Shown here one piece after another: positions 12,078 through 26,450 of a stretch of 64,000 nt of DNA. The DNA is from Octopus vulgaris (taxonomy: Eukaryota): assembly GCA_951406725.2 (NCBI GenBank), contig OX597827.1:68076001-68140000 (forward strand), written 5' to 3'. Position 1 is the first letter of the stretch. Every line of letters begins with the position of its first letter. Both the position numbers and the translations under genes were made by a program. Under the pieces are notes generated by a model. It saw nothing but the letters and a program-made list of their open reading frames with translations, ran no database searches and was not told the origin of the DNA.

Positions 12078-12480
12078 TATTTTCTACTCTGGGCACGCGA
12101 CCCGAAATTTTTGAGGAGGGGTCCAGTCGATTAGACTGACCCCAGTACGCAATTGTACTTAATTTATCGACTCCAAAAGGATGAAAGGCAAAGTAGACCT
12201 CGGCGGAATTTGAACTCAGAACGTAAAGACAGACGAAATACCTATTTCTATTTCTTTACTCCCCACAAGGGGCTAAACACAGAGAGGACAAACAAGAACA
12301 GACAAACGGATTAAGTCGATTATATCGACCCCAGGGCGTAACTGGTACTTATTTAATCGACGCCGAAAAGATGAAAGGCAAAGTCGACCTCGGCGGAATT
12401 TGAACTCAGAACATAGCGGCAGACGAAATACGGCTACGCATTTCGCCCTGCGTGCTAACGTTTCTGCCAGCTCGCCGCCT
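12078..12480 (-). mobile_element. SINE family A dimer (head-body-tail 1 + body-tail 2)
   Basis: Two bodies in tandem with junction aaagaaatagaaata|ggtatttcgtc on the minus strand near 12240. Confidence 0.9.
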
Positions 12481-12934
12481 TCGATTAATATCTATATCAG
12501 AACTATATGCACACACATACATGCAGATCCTACATAATGGACCCATCATCAGCTCTCGATCTCGATCTCACAGTAATTTCAGCACTTGAGGAGAGCATCA
12601 ACGGTACTTGTAGCCCCAGTGAGGAATGTTACCTCGGTGTTAGCAGCAAAGACAAGTAAAACGCATAGCTGTTTGAGTAAAATATAAAGAGTGACCAACA
12701 GAAGAATAAACAGTTAAGCAAATTATACAACATATATAAGCGTCTTACGGCTAACAACTGAGTGTATAGTAGATAGATAGATTGATAGATAGACAGACAG
12801 ATAGATAGATAGAGAGAGGGGGGTGACAAATAGGGAAAGATAAAGTAGATGGATATGAGGAAGGTAATACAATAATCTTGTTACATATTTACGTGCATCG
12901 GTGTCAAAATGAAAGGAAAGTGCAAGAGTCGAAT

Positions 12935-13220
12935 ATCCATCCATCCGTCTTCTCTGCCCATTATTTCCGGGAGGGGCGTGGGAGTAGAGTCCTCAGGCAC
13001 CTTCTCCATAACGTCCTGTCAAAAGCAAGTTTTGTAACAGTTTCTGACTGGATCCCTAAACGTGACCAACTGGGACCTTGGATATTATACTACCATCACG
13101 TTCTTGGTCGGCACCCCCAGGTCTTCTTGCTGGTTGGCTCGGCTTGAAGAATCTGTCTTAACATTGTTTCCAGTATTCTAATCACATTCCATAAACACCG
13201 GAACTGTGACCTCTCAATGG
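12935..13220 (-). mobile_element. RTE-clade LINE (Rex3/Expander-like) 3' fragment
   Basis: Minus strand: IERSQFRC..VIRI..RQILQAEPT...RPRT.W..NIQGPSWSRLGIQSETVTKLAFDRTLWRRCLRTLLPRPSRK*, then a short 3' UTR and (GATG)n tail. Confidence 0.85.
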
Positions 13221-13321
13221 GTATAAGTATTGTTATATCAACCTAAATATTATTTTATTACTTAGGGGATTTATTACAGCGTAAATAAACGAGAAGTTTA
13301 CAAAATATGTTACTATTGTCT

Positions 13322-13722
13322 GCGTAGGAGTGACTGTGTGGTAAGTAGCTTGCTTACCAACCACATGGCTCCGGGTTCAGTCCCACTGCGTGGCATGTTC
13401 GGCAAGTGTCTTTTACTATAGCCTCGGGCCGACTAAAGCCTTGTGAGTGAATTTGGTAGACGGAAACTGAAAGAAGGCCGTCGTATATATGTATATGTGT
13501 ATGTGTGTGTGATTGTGTGTGTCTGTGTTTGTCCCCCCCCCCCCAACATCGCTTGACAACCGATGCTGGTGTGTTGACGTCCCTGTAACTTAATGGTTCG
13601 GCAAAAGAGACCAACAGAATAAGTGCTAGGCTTGAAAAGAATAAGTCCTGGGGTCGATTTGCTCGACTAAAGGCGGTGCTTCAGCATGGCCGCAGTCAAA
13701 TGACTGAAACAAGTAAAGAGAG
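13322..13722 (+). mobile_element. SINE family B, full length (tRNA head + CORE-like segment + internal microsatellite + 3' module)
   Basis: ggagtgactgtgtggtaagtagcttg...gggttcagtccc; gtggca..ggcaagtgtctt resembles the CORE gtgaccttgggcaagt; tail cagtcaaatgactgaaacaagtaaagag. Confidence 0.9.
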
Positions 13723-14188
13723 TATGTATAAAACAGATTGTGTGTGTATGTGTGTGTGTATGTGGTGCGTATGTTCGTTATGTATTCGAAAACTGAGTTG
13801 CCGATTTTGACGTATGAGGTATCAAAAGATTCAGTAATCTTTAGTCTACCAAATAAAAGATGCTTTTTCCACAACTAGTTTTCACTCCAAAAAATAACCT
13901 CGGAAACGAGATCGGATCGCACAATTTTGAGGTTATTTTAGGGCAATATTCTCATTTGCTTCTAATCTACGTGGCCAATTTTAATCTTTTTGGTGTTAAA
14001 AATGCAGCAATGTACAAGAGGAGTGTTATGAGTGCATTTGTGATGCACAAAGCCCGATTTGCCAACGGAGAATGACCAAAACCCATGCTTTTTGGAATAA
14101 TTATTGGCACATATTTCGTACCACCCACTTTGGCATTTTTTCAATGTATATATATATATATATATATATATACACGTATATGTTCATC

Positions 14189-14246
<58 letters not shown>

Positions 14247-14473
14247 CACGTATATGTTCATCCATATATATATAGACATATATATATATAGACATATATA
14301 TATATGTATATATATATACGTATATATTCATACATATATACATACATACGTATATATATATATATGTATATATATGTATATATGAATTTTATTGAAAGAT
14401 GTATTGAAGCTTGCTGTATGTATATATGTATATATATGTATACGTATATATTCATACATACATACATACAAAC

Positions 14474-14521
<48 letters not shown>

Positions 14522-14916
14522 ATGTGTGTGTGTGTGTACACAACATATATATATACACACAAAATTCATTTACAATGCATTAGTCGGCCAGTGGAAAACC
14601 ACTTGCCCAAATCACCACGTGCTAGCAAGCATATGTTTATGTATATATTAAGAAAAAACAACTACAGAAATGCAGAGTGACTTGATGTTAAAGCAGTTGA
14701 CGTCTATTGAGAAGATCATGTGATCACGATCTGTACCCGATTACAGCCTTTGTAACCCAATGCCGAGCATAGCCGGCTGCATTTGTACTGGTTTGGCTGC
14801 AAAACCTGGTCGTCTTAGGTGCTTTCTTAATCGGAGTCAATACAGGAGAGGCATAGATAATGAGTGCAGAAGATTTAGAAATCATAACCTGTAATGATAA
14901 AAAAAAAAATTTTTTT

Positions 14917-14975
<59 letters not shown>

Positions 14976-15276
14976 GATAACAACAACAACAACAACAAGA
15001 ATAATAATAATAATAATAATAACAAAGAGGCATATATATATATCTACATATATATATCTACATATATATATACTATCTATTCATATGTGATTCTGTGTGG
15101 GTATGTGAGTGCGTGTATGTGGATATGTTTGTGTAGGATTGTGTGTCTGTATGTTTGTTGTGCTTGTCTGTGTGAGTATGTATTTAGGTATGAATGAGTG
15201 TATGTCTTCATATATGTGTGGGCGTGCGTGTGTGTATATATTTACACACACATATATATAAATATAAATATACACA

Positions 15277-15407
15277 GGTGTGTGGTACGTAGCTTACCAC
15301 TCAGTCCCACTGCGTGGCACCTTGGGCAAGTGTCTTCTACTATAGCCTCAGGCCGACCAAAGTCTTGTGAGTGGATTTGGTAGACGGGAACTGGAAGAAG
15401 CCCGTCG

Positions 15408-15466
<59 letters not shown>

Positions 15467-15560
15467 GTGTGTGTTTGTCTCTGTTTGTCCCCTAGCATCA
15501 CTTAACATCCGATGCTGGTGTGTTTATGTCCCCGAATCTTAGCGGTTCGGCAAAAGAGAT
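15277..15560 (+). mobile_element. SINE family B, partial
   Basis: Matches B consensus up to cggttcggcaaaagaga. Confidence 0.85.
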
Positions 15561-15927
15561 CCATTGAACCTTCTGAAACATTAAAAAGTAGTTTTAGTGA
15601 CTGAAGAACACTAGCTTCCGTGCTCCAACGATTTATCTGCTTTGGAAATCAGATAGGTCATGCATTTTAACCTATTTGAATATAAATATCTGCAAAGAAA
15701 GGACAACAGAGGTTTTATATTATGAATTTTAACTCATACATAATAAATACAAATAAACGTATGTATATATAGGAACTTAGTTTGATTTGAAAACCCAATT
15801 AGAATGGGAGAAATGATCTAAGAATGATCTAAGTTATATAATATATAAAAAATGTAATATACAAATAAATATCTGTAAATATAAACCATCCGATTTTCTG
15901 AGTACCTCATTTCTTCCAATATATATA

Positions 15928-16002
<75 letters not shown>

Positions 16003-16005
<3 letters not shown>

Positions 16006-16166
16006 GGGAGAGTTTACAAAAAAAAGCAAAAGACGAAGACAGGTGGTGCACAAAACAAATAGATGTATTAGTATAACGCTCAGGAATAGAAAAAGTCTTT
16101 TATGTTTCGAGCCTATGCTCATCTACAGAAAGGGATACAGAAAAAACAAGGAGAGAAAAAAAAGGA
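16003..16166 (-). mobile_element. Short Penelope-pLTR-like element in (TA)n with a degenerate hammerhead core
   Basis: Minus strand ctgtaga-t-gagc-atag-gctc-gaaa-cata; downstream sequence is homologous to 19862-20033. Confidence 0.55.
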
Positions 16167-16204
<38 letters not shown>

Positions 16205-16540
16205 CATATATATATGTATATGCATACATATATATACAAGTGAAAACAGTTTGAATTTATATTATTTTCAAATTTCGACACAAAGTTAGCAAGTTCGGAC
16301 ATGTTAATTACATCGATCCCAATGCTCAACTGGTACTTATTTCATCGACCCCGATAAAATTAAAAACAAAGTCGGCCTTGGCAGAATTTCAACTCAAAAC
16401 GAAGACAGACGATAGGCCGCTAAGCATTTACTTCCGCGTGCTAAGATTTTCCCTGTTCACCGCTTTGTTTGGACTTGTCTTATTGCGAGTAGGAAAAATA
16501 GTTTAATATATAAAGCGGTATTTTAATTATTTTGCTTAAC

Positions 16541-16610
<70 letters not shown>

Positions 16611-16805
16611 GCGTGTGTGAGTATTTATACATAAGCTTACATACACACAGACACACACACACACACTCATAGACACACACGCTCACACAAATACATATAC
16701 TGTGCACGTGTGCACACACAGATTGTGAATGTGCATGTATGCGTGCCAGCATGCGCGCGTTCTTGGATATGAATATGCATCACCATATCACCATTTCTGT
16801 TTAGG

Positions 16806-16863
<58 letters not shown>

Positions 16864-17150
16864 ACATATGTGTGTACACACACATACACATATATTTATA
16901 TATACATATATATATGCTTATACATGTATACATATATGTATATATGTTTGCGTGTGAGTATGTGTGAGTGTGTGTGTGTGTAGAAATATATATACGTATC
17001 CATATGTCATCAAAAAAGTAAGAAAAAATATAATGCAGACATCTACATGTATGTATGCGTGTATGCATGTATGAATGAATGTAGGTATGTTTGATACGTG
17101 GGATGGTGCGCGCGCATGCGCATTTCTGCCTTTGTGTTTGTATATGTGTG

Positions 17151-17188
<38 letters not shown>

Positions 17189-17226
17189 TATAAATATATA
17201 CATATATACATATATATATATGCGTG

Positions 17227-17295
<69 letters not shown>

Positions 17296-17696
17296 ATGTA
17301 TGTGTGTTGCGAGCGGTTAGCCTGTTCGCCCGCGCGCGAGATAGCTACTGTGAGCATGCGCGCGAGTATACGTTTGTTCAAACACACTTATACGGTCGTA
17401 AACCCTCCATTGATGCCAGGGCAACAATGCATAATATTATTCAATGGCTTTGTACATAACAACTATTTACACATGCAGACCGACAGATTTACGTAGGCAA
17501 TTCATAGTAACAATGAATGTTATTCATTCATTGATAAATCTCTTACCTTTTAATTTCCTTCCTTTTTTTCTCTCTCTCATTTTTTCTTTCTCTCTCTCTC
17601 GGTCTGTTTTTTTTTTTTCGTTTTCCTTTTTTTTCTTTTTTTTACTACATTCATATATATATATATATATATATATATGCGACTGTTCTGCCGGGC

Positions 17697-18349
17697 ATGT
17701 ATGTATGTGTGTATGTATGTATGTATGTATGTATGTATGTATGTATGTATGTATGTATGTATGTATGTATGTATGTATGTATGTGTGTGTGTGTATGTAT
17801 GTATGTATATGTGTGTGTATGTATGTGTGTATGTATGTGTGTGTATGTATGTGTGTATGTATGTATGTATGAATGTATGTATGTATGAATGTATGTATGT
17901 ATGTGTGTGTGTATGTATGTATGAATGTATGTATGTATGTATGTGTGTATGTATGTGTGTGTGTATGTATGTATGAATGTATGTATGTATGTATGTGTGT
18001 ATGTATGAATGTATGTATGTATGTATGTATGTATGTATGTATGAATGTATGTATGTATGAATGTATGTATGTATGTATGTATGTATGTATGTATGTATGT
18101 ATGTGTGTATGTATGTATGTATGTATGTATGTATGTATGTGTGTATGTATGTATGTATGTATGTGTGTATGTATGTATGTGTGTATGTATGTATGTATGT
18201 ATGTATGTATGTGTGTATGTATGTATGTATGTATGTATGTATGTATGTATGTGTGTATGTATGTATGTATGTATGTATGTATGTGTGTGTATGTATCTGT
18301 GTGTGTATGTATGTATGTATGTATGTATATATGTATGTATGTATGTATG

Positions 18350-18382
<33 letters not shown>

Positions 18383-18892
18383 GTGTATGTATGTATGAAT
18401 GTATGTATGTATGAATGTATGTATGTATGTATGAATGTATGTATGTATGTATGTATGTATGTATGTATGTGTGTATGTGTGTATATATATGTATGTATGT
18501 GTGTATATATATGTATGTATGTGTTCTGATGTATATGTGTGAGTGTATGTATGCAAGTATGTATATGTGTATGTATATATCTTCCTAAGTATATTTATAT
18601 GTATGTATGTATGTACGTATGTGCATGTATTATGTGTGTGTGTTTCCATGTATGCATATGTGTGTGTATGTATGATTGTATGAATGCATGTATGTATGTG
18701 TATGTATATATGTACGTATGCATGTATGTATGCCTGTATGAATGTATGTAAATATGTATGCATGTATGTGTATGTGTGTATGAATGTATGTATGCATATA
18801 TGTATGTGAATGTATATATGTATGAAAGCATGCATGTATGTATGCATGTGTGCATGTATGTATGAATGTATGTACGTATGCATGTATGTATG
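17697..18892 (+). repeat. Large (TATG)n / (TG)n compound microsatellite field
   Basis: About 830 bp of near-pure array that degenerates towards 18890. Confidence 0.95.
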
Positions 18893-19157
18893 GAACAAAA
18901 TGTGTTTTTAAGTGTGAGTGGGGTGGTGGTGCGTGTATTAGTTCACAAACTAGAAGTACTCAATACAGAAAGAGAGTATAAATATTTGTAAATGAGGTAA
19001 AGACGGATTTATAATAATTGTACACCGGTTGTGGGTGCATATATACGTATGCACTTAACATTCTGCTTAACTTACTGTCTGTTTGTCTATCTATGTATCT
19101 ACGTTTCAACATATGTATATGCGTGTGTGCACATATTTTTTCCAACTATAAATATAC

Positions 19158-19266
<109 letters not shown>

Positions 19267-19384
19267 CACGTTTATATATTTGTTTTGCGAGATTCTTGAT
19301 GTGAAATCGTGTGTTGAAACAGATGTTGTTTTATTTAGGAATGGTCATTTATTGGCTAAACTGGCAAAATGACAATTCCTAAAT

Positions 19385-19423
<39 letters not shown>

Positions 19424-19505
19424 CATAAATATATTATTATTAATAAGTTTCAAGGTAGTAAATAGGCAATAGACTATTTAGTATTCATTATATATACAGT
19501 GTACA

Positions 19506-19617
19506 TTTACACACATAAGAGATGGCCATAATCGGACAACTAAATCGGTAGATGGGTTTTAACTATTCCTTCTAGAGGTTTAGATGTCTTATTATGGCCA
19601 TCTCTTATGTGTTTAAA
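19506..19617. repeat. Hairpin / MITE-like inverted repeat
   Basis: Perfect 22-bp arms acacataagagatggccataat (19511-19532) / attatggccatctcttatgtgt (19591-19612), with further imperfect inner pairing. Confidence 0.85.
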
Positions 19618-19637
19618 TACATACATGTATATATATA

Positions 19638-19680
<43 letters not shown>

Positions 19681-19861
19681 AAATGAGAAGTAGACAGCCT
19701 ACAACTGATAAAGGGTCGTTCTTTATGCTACTCGTCTTGTTTTCCATTCGTTTCTCTCGTTGTTTGCTTATTGAACTCATTTGTTTCGTATTTCATATTG
19801 TTTACTGTCGTTGACGTCTTGTACCCTTATATGCATGAGCATATGTATGTATATATATATA

Positions 19862-20033
19862 TTCCCCCGTCTTCTCTTCCTTTGGAATTTCCTCTATATC
19901 TGAAGAAGAGCTTTGCTCGAAACGTTAAATCCCTCTTTCCTTCCTTTCCTGGGCGTCTGATAATACAGTACTCGTACCACGTGCTCGCATTGTAGCTTTT
20001 CTGGTTTGCTCTTCTTTGTTTGGATTCACTATA
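19862..20033 (+). mobile_element. Short Penelope-pLTR-like element with a minimal hammerhead ribozyme motif
   Basis: CTGAAGA(19900-19906)-A-GAGC-TTT-GCTC-GAAA-CGT-TA; flanked by (TA)n and (CA)n. Confidence 0.6.
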
Positions 20034-20037
20034 CACG

Positions 20038-20084
<47 letters not shown>

Positions 20085-20578
20085 GCACACACACACAGAA
20101 ATTGAATTTTCAAAGCGATGTACAACTGCAACTGTTAAGTTTAAAGCTTTACATAGATTTTCATGCCCCAGTTTGTTTCCGGTATGGTGGATAAGTAACT
20201 TCGATACTAGGTAGTATCACTAGTTATGAAGTACAGAGCAAATGTTGAACAAATTAGGATATACGCGATGGTATATTATTAGTTCCTACGTACGTTTCAC
20301 TCTATGGTTTGTTTGGAATTCTGTATTGGCGGATCCAAGTTTATTTCGATGCTTAAGCAGAACGAGTCATCAGGGAATACTTTATTGCATTACATAACAG
20401 ATTTAAGTGCAGAAGTTTTGGGTATTCCTATCAGCAAAAGGGTACCCAGGAGTCATGACCTTGATGCGGTCCGGCCCCGCTAGAGTGAAAAAAGTTAAGG
20501 GCAGCGAGGTTCCTTCGCGGAAGACCTTCTGCTGTCCAGCGCTTTTGAACGTTTCTTACCGTCCTACACACACACACA

Positions 20579-20659
<81 letters not shown>

Positions 20660-20679
20660 CTGCATACATACACACACAG

Positions 20680-20935
20680 TATCGCCTATTGGTTAGGTTG
20701 CTGCCTTCATGATCAATAGATCGCGAGTTCGATTTCCTGATTGGGCCGCGCGTTGTGTTCTTCATTGTCTCGTTGCTCCAGTCCGTCTTTCGATTAGATG
20801 TGGAATGTTGTTGGCCTGCTCGCCCAGCCAGCAGGAGCGGAGGCGTCATTCGAAGGCTAAAACAATGCAGAAGCGCATTGTGACCAGCGACGTGTAACAG
20901 CATCTGATAGCCTTGTCGGTCACGTGATCACGTGT
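20680..20935 (+). mobile_element. tRNA-derived SINE family D (old)
   Basis: gcctattggttagg...gagttcgatttc head; 3' part gaaggctaaaacaatgc...gtgaccagcgacgtgtaacagcatc is shared with the minus copy at 52015-52290. Confidence 0.7.
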
Positions 20936-21224
20936 GACATTCACACACATACACACATACACACACGTATACCTGCATACAAACATGCGTACGCGCACAC
21001 ACATATTGTACGACGTAATATAACATATGTAACACAAACGCACAAAGGTACCCCAATGTATAAATGGGTAGGTACACAAACACACACAAACACGTATGCA
21101 CACACACACACATAAACACACACACATAAACACACACACACGTACACATATCTTTATATCCATATTTCCACTGATAAAATATTTACTCTGTATTTTTATA
21201 ACTTATCTTCTCATTTTTGTCACC

Positions 21225-21550
21225 TCCACCTTCTCTTCCCCACCCTCTCTCTCTCCTTCTTTCTCTCCCTATTTCCCTCTCTCTATCTACCTCTCCCCTT
21301 TCTCTCCATCTTTCTCACTCTATCTCTCCCTCTCTCTCCCTCCCCTTTTCTCTCTCACTCTCTCTCACACTCTCTCTCCTTCTCTCCCGCCCCATCTCCC
21401 TCTCTCTACCTACGTCTCCTCCCTCTCTCCTCTTCCTCTTTTTCCCTCTCTTTCTCGCCCTCTCTCTCCATCTCTCCCTATCTTCCTCTCTTTCCCCCTC
21501 TCTCTCTCCCTCTCTTCCCCCCCATTTCTCTACCCCCCTCTCAATTCTCC
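21225..21550 (+). repeat. Polypyrimidine (CT-rich) low-complexity tract
   Basis: Degenerate (CT)n; similar tracts at 36540-37170, 48280-48880 and 57250-58320. Confidence 0.85.
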
Positions 21551-21733
21551 ACGCCGTGCACGTTGCACTCTGTATCACCGTATACAATTGTTCCTATGCG
21601 TTTTCGTCCACCTCTGCTCTCTCACCTACCTTGATTACTATTCGGCAAACGAACTCACTACATATACCTGCACACACACACACATGCACAAACAAACACC
21701 CACGCGCAGTTATAAATACATATGTGTATGTTT

Positions 21734-21771
<38 letters not shown>

Positions 21772-22035
21772 ATGTGTGTGTGTATATGTGTGTGTATGTG
21801 TGTGTGTATGTGTGTGTATGTGTGTGTGCATTGTGTCGTGTGTATTTGTATGTATCTGATTATAATTACCAACTTGGCTATTTGAGTATGAAGTTGTACG
21901 CACAAATGCGTGTGTGTAAGTACGCTGCTTTGCATACAGATATGTCCATCGTGTGCGTATATATATACATACACATTTTCTGACATACATATACACACAC
22001 ATATGTATGTATATGTATGTTTGTGTGTGTGTGTG

Positions 22036-22099
<64 letters not shown>

Positions 22100-22177
22100 C
22101 CTATCCATCTGTCTATCTATCTATCTCCCTCACTCCATCTCTCTTTCTTTCTCTCCCTCTCCATATATATTCATATC

Positions 22178-22752
22178 AGGAGTGGCTGTGGAGTAAGTAG
22201 CTTGCTTACCAACCACATGGTTCCGGGTTCAGTCCCACTGCGTGGCACCTTGGGCAAGTGTCTTATACTAGAGCCTCGGGCTGACCAGAGCTTTGTGAGT
22301 GGATTTGGTAGACAGAAACTGAAAGAAGCCCGTCGGATATATGTATGTATATATATATATGTATGTGTGTGTGTATATATGTTTGTGTGTCGGTGTTTGT
22401 CCCCTCAACATCGCCTTTAGTCGAGCAAATCGAACCCAGGACTTAGTCTTTGTAAGCCTAGTGCTATCGGTCTCTTATGTCGAACCGCTAAGTTACGGGG
22501 ACGTAAACACACCACCATCGGTTGTCAAGTGATGTTGGGGGTGTAGTAGCCCAGACACAAACACAAGCACATGCATATTTATATATATATATACGACAGG
22601 CTTCTTTCAGTTTCCGTCTACCAAATCCACTCACAAGGCTTTGGTCGGCCCGGATCTATAATTGAAGGCACTTGCCCAAGGTACCACGCAGTAGGACTGA
22701 ACCCCTAACCATATAGTTGGTAAGGTAGCAACTTACTATACAGCCACTCCTG
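22178..22752. mobile_element. Two SINE B copies fused in inverted orientation
   Basis: Plus copy 22178-~22414 joins a minus copy ~22410-22752 at aacatcgc|ctttagtcgagc. Confidence 0.85.
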
Positions 22753-22905
22753 TTTACAATTATGCGCTTTAACTACAGCTTTTGAGGTTTTTAGCTCTTA
22801 TTTCTAGCAATGTAGGCGTTCTAAAGCCTTAGTCATATTTAGTGACAATTATTATTGGTAGAACTTGGCATACAGCTGTCAATATTAATTTTATATACTA
22901 GCGTG

Positions 22906-22964
<59 letters not shown>

Positions 22965-23478
22965 CTGTGTCCCCGAAACTCAAGTACCCCATACATACTT
23001 CCAGATACGCGTCTAGCAAATGCATTGACAACTACACTGAAGTATATATATATATATATATATGTATGTACTCACATATAATCACGCATACACATACATA
23101 CAGAATCACACACATACACACATGCACCATTACAGCGTACAATGAAGGCATAAACAGGGACACACAGTACTACAGAACCGAGTGTGTACGCGTTTGCATT
23201 TATCTTTATATGCGTGTGTATGTTTGTGTATATATGCATGCATGTATATGTATATATATATTTATGTAGTTATATATATATATATATATATATATTCATA
23301 CATACGTGTTTATGTATATATACATATACATACATATATATATATATATATATACATATATATACATATACATGCGTGTTGATGTATATATACATATATA
23401 TATATATTCATATATATATGTATATTTTCATATAAATGTGTGTGTGTATATATATGCATATATATATATATATATGTT

Positions 23479-23524
<46 letters not shown>

Positions 23525-23673
23525 TACATATACATATATGCGTGAGCAACATGTATATATACATATATATATTCATATATATGTATGTTTCCATATAAAT
23601 GTGTATATATATATATATATATGCTTATATATGTATATCTTCATGTATGTGTATGTGTGTATGTGTGTATGTA

Positions 23674-23716
<43 letters not shown>

Positions 23717-24190
23717 GGAGAGAGAGAGGAAGGAGGAAGAGAGATAGAGGGAGAAAGATTGTACGAATGTGTGTGGGTGCATGTGTGTATGTGTGCGTGT
23801 GAGTGTGTGTGTGTGTGTGTGTGTGCGCGTGTGTGTGTGTGAGTGTGCGTGCGCGGGAAAAACCGCTGCAGCGCCAACATTTACAAGTACCTAAAATGTA
23901 CACATAATTATCACCCTTCAAATATTTATATGCTGAAAATAGACAGGAAATTAAGGCGACTAGTTTTAATAGCAACGACGACAAACGCACGACAAACACA
24001 CAATTGAACATATACTAACTATATACAAAGGTATAATTGTCTGAAGAGGCTGTGGGTCGGTGGTTGATGAAAGAGATAAATAAATAGCAAAGAAATATAA
24101 TAAACTATATATAAATGGAACGTGAAGTAAAAGTAAAGGTAACATTTTTTTTTCTTTAATGAAGAACATAGATGAATTATAAATAGAGAA

Positions 24191-24241
<51 letters not shown>

Positions 24242-24443
24242 GTCTGTATGTGTGTGTTGCGTGCGCATGCATATATGTAATTACAATTATATATGTGTAT
24301 CTATTATGAACGTATGCATGTGAGTAAGTCATACAATATTCTATGGTTTAATCCACCTTTTAGTTGAAATGTTCTTTCTCAAATTGCAACATGGAGCTTT
24401 CTTGGAATTCACTCGCTTCACTTCTTTTCGATAAATTATATTC

Positions 24444-24498
<55 letters not shown>

Positions 24499-24680
24499 CG
24501 AAGGCTTTTCTTAAGGGGTGTCGCGTTTTACAATTATGCAAATAATAAAAATGGTAATTTTTCATAAGCTTTAAGCTTATGTCGATCACCGTGCAAATGA
24601 GTAAGGAAATAATCTAATAATGGGGCATATAAGCCCACGACAATAAAAAGTAGGCTTTCTCGTACAGCTTTTATGTGTGT

Positions 24681-24734
<54 letters not shown>

Positions 24735-26274
24735 AGCTTTGTAGTCGTCCCATAAATTGCCCCTTTCTGCGTACACAATTTTAAAGATTTTGAGAGTCCG
24801 GTCTCCAGTATCATTACTAAACTAATTCTGCTTACACAAAGTACTCCGCATTTAATCTGCACTTCTAACTGATACATTTATTAGCATTTACCTTCTGAAT
24901 GGTAAGATATATTTTGGAAGCTTCGTTTGAAGTTTTATGTCATAATACCCTACGCAGAAATCTTACACTAACCTTCAAAAACATTCTTTTAAAATATGAT
25001 ATCACCAACATATATATACATTTTAAAATCTGATATTGCTAGCATGTACATACAATAAAAGCAGAAACGCCATTATCTAAGTGTATTTAGTTGTAGTGAA
25101 TACTGTAGACTTAATCTTTGATTTCAAAGTACATTTCGGCTTTGAATAACACGAAGTCTATTACTTTTAAAAATAGAAATATGTTAATGTTATTTCATAT
25201 TAGCATTGCCAACTTTGCTTAACTGTAAAAACGGCAATCTTTCCTCCACCGCCACTGCCACCGCCGAAAGCAATTTTTTTTTTTGCGTAGAAGCTCAGAA
25301 TACTGGGGTATTTATACAATTCGCAAAATATTTCCATTGCCATTTTATGTCTCCAAACAAATTTCTTTGAATTAGTTTTTATTTTATTTCATTTGTATTT
25401 TTCATTTTCTAAAAGCCAACCAACTTAATCCGTTAGGACTTGTTTCCTACAAACTCTATTTTTATCTGTTAATTTTTGGCAAACGCATGCAAGATATATT
25501 TTCCGTACCAATAATATCTATTTGTACACCTTATGTTCGTAGAGGTATTTTGAAGAAGAAAATTCCACGTTAAAACTAAAACGATCTTTCATTTTCTAGC
25601 TAACGAATAATTGTTACGTTATTTTCAACCAATAATGTTCCTTTGTTAGTGGCGCTTAGCAAGTCAGTGATAGTTACTTTGGTACCAAAACTTTCTGCAT
25701 GCACGTAAATATTTAAGTGCATGCAGAATGTCGTATGTTCCGCATTATATGATCGTCCGAAGATCGGCATCGAGGAACCCGGAACAAAGATTTATGAAAT
25801 TTTTATTTCGCGACAACCATTAAAATCTCTGTGTGTGTAAGTGTGTGTGTGTGTGTGTATGTGTGTGTGTGTGTGTGTAAGGGAGAGAGATAGCGTGTGA
25901 GCGTGTTAGTCGGTACTTATATATGTATATATAGAGAGAGAGACTCTAGACTAAGACATAAATGTTTGTATATATTTTCACACACACACACACACGCACA
26001 CACACGCATGCACACACATATGCATAGATATATACACACATATATACATACATGAATACACACACACACACTCACACACACACACACCAGAGACAACATA
26101 CGTACACACTCACATAAACATGTCTACAGATCGGGTGAAAAAGAGCAGCATATTTTTAAAATATATTATCTTTAACTAGAGCGAAAATAATTTTTAGGAT
26201 ATTTTGGATAAAAGGATAAAAACAGAGTGTGTGGTGAATCAATATTAGTCTACTAATATCGGTTTTGGTATACA

Positions 26275-26450
26275 TTTTCAAATTTTAAATGTTTACTTGT
26301 AACGGCATTTCGTAAAGATTCCGAATCTTGTAAATGGGTCATTCACGAAATTATTAATGCTGTTCAAGGATAACCTCTTTTCAGCTGTACATAAATTGCA
26401 TGTTTTAGACCTTATAATTTATAGTCTTCCCCCTTACAAGTTTTTCTGCT
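26275..26450 (-). pseudogene. Penelope-like element ORF C-terminal remnant
   Basis: Minus strand SKTCNLCTAEKR...FTKCRYK resembles the PLE C-terminal SKRCNLCLTEK...SKCRH.NK motif. Confidence 0.5.

Noticed and set aside
17651-18898. Longest ORF (415 aa, HTYI repeats)
   Set aside because: It is entirely the (TATG)n array.
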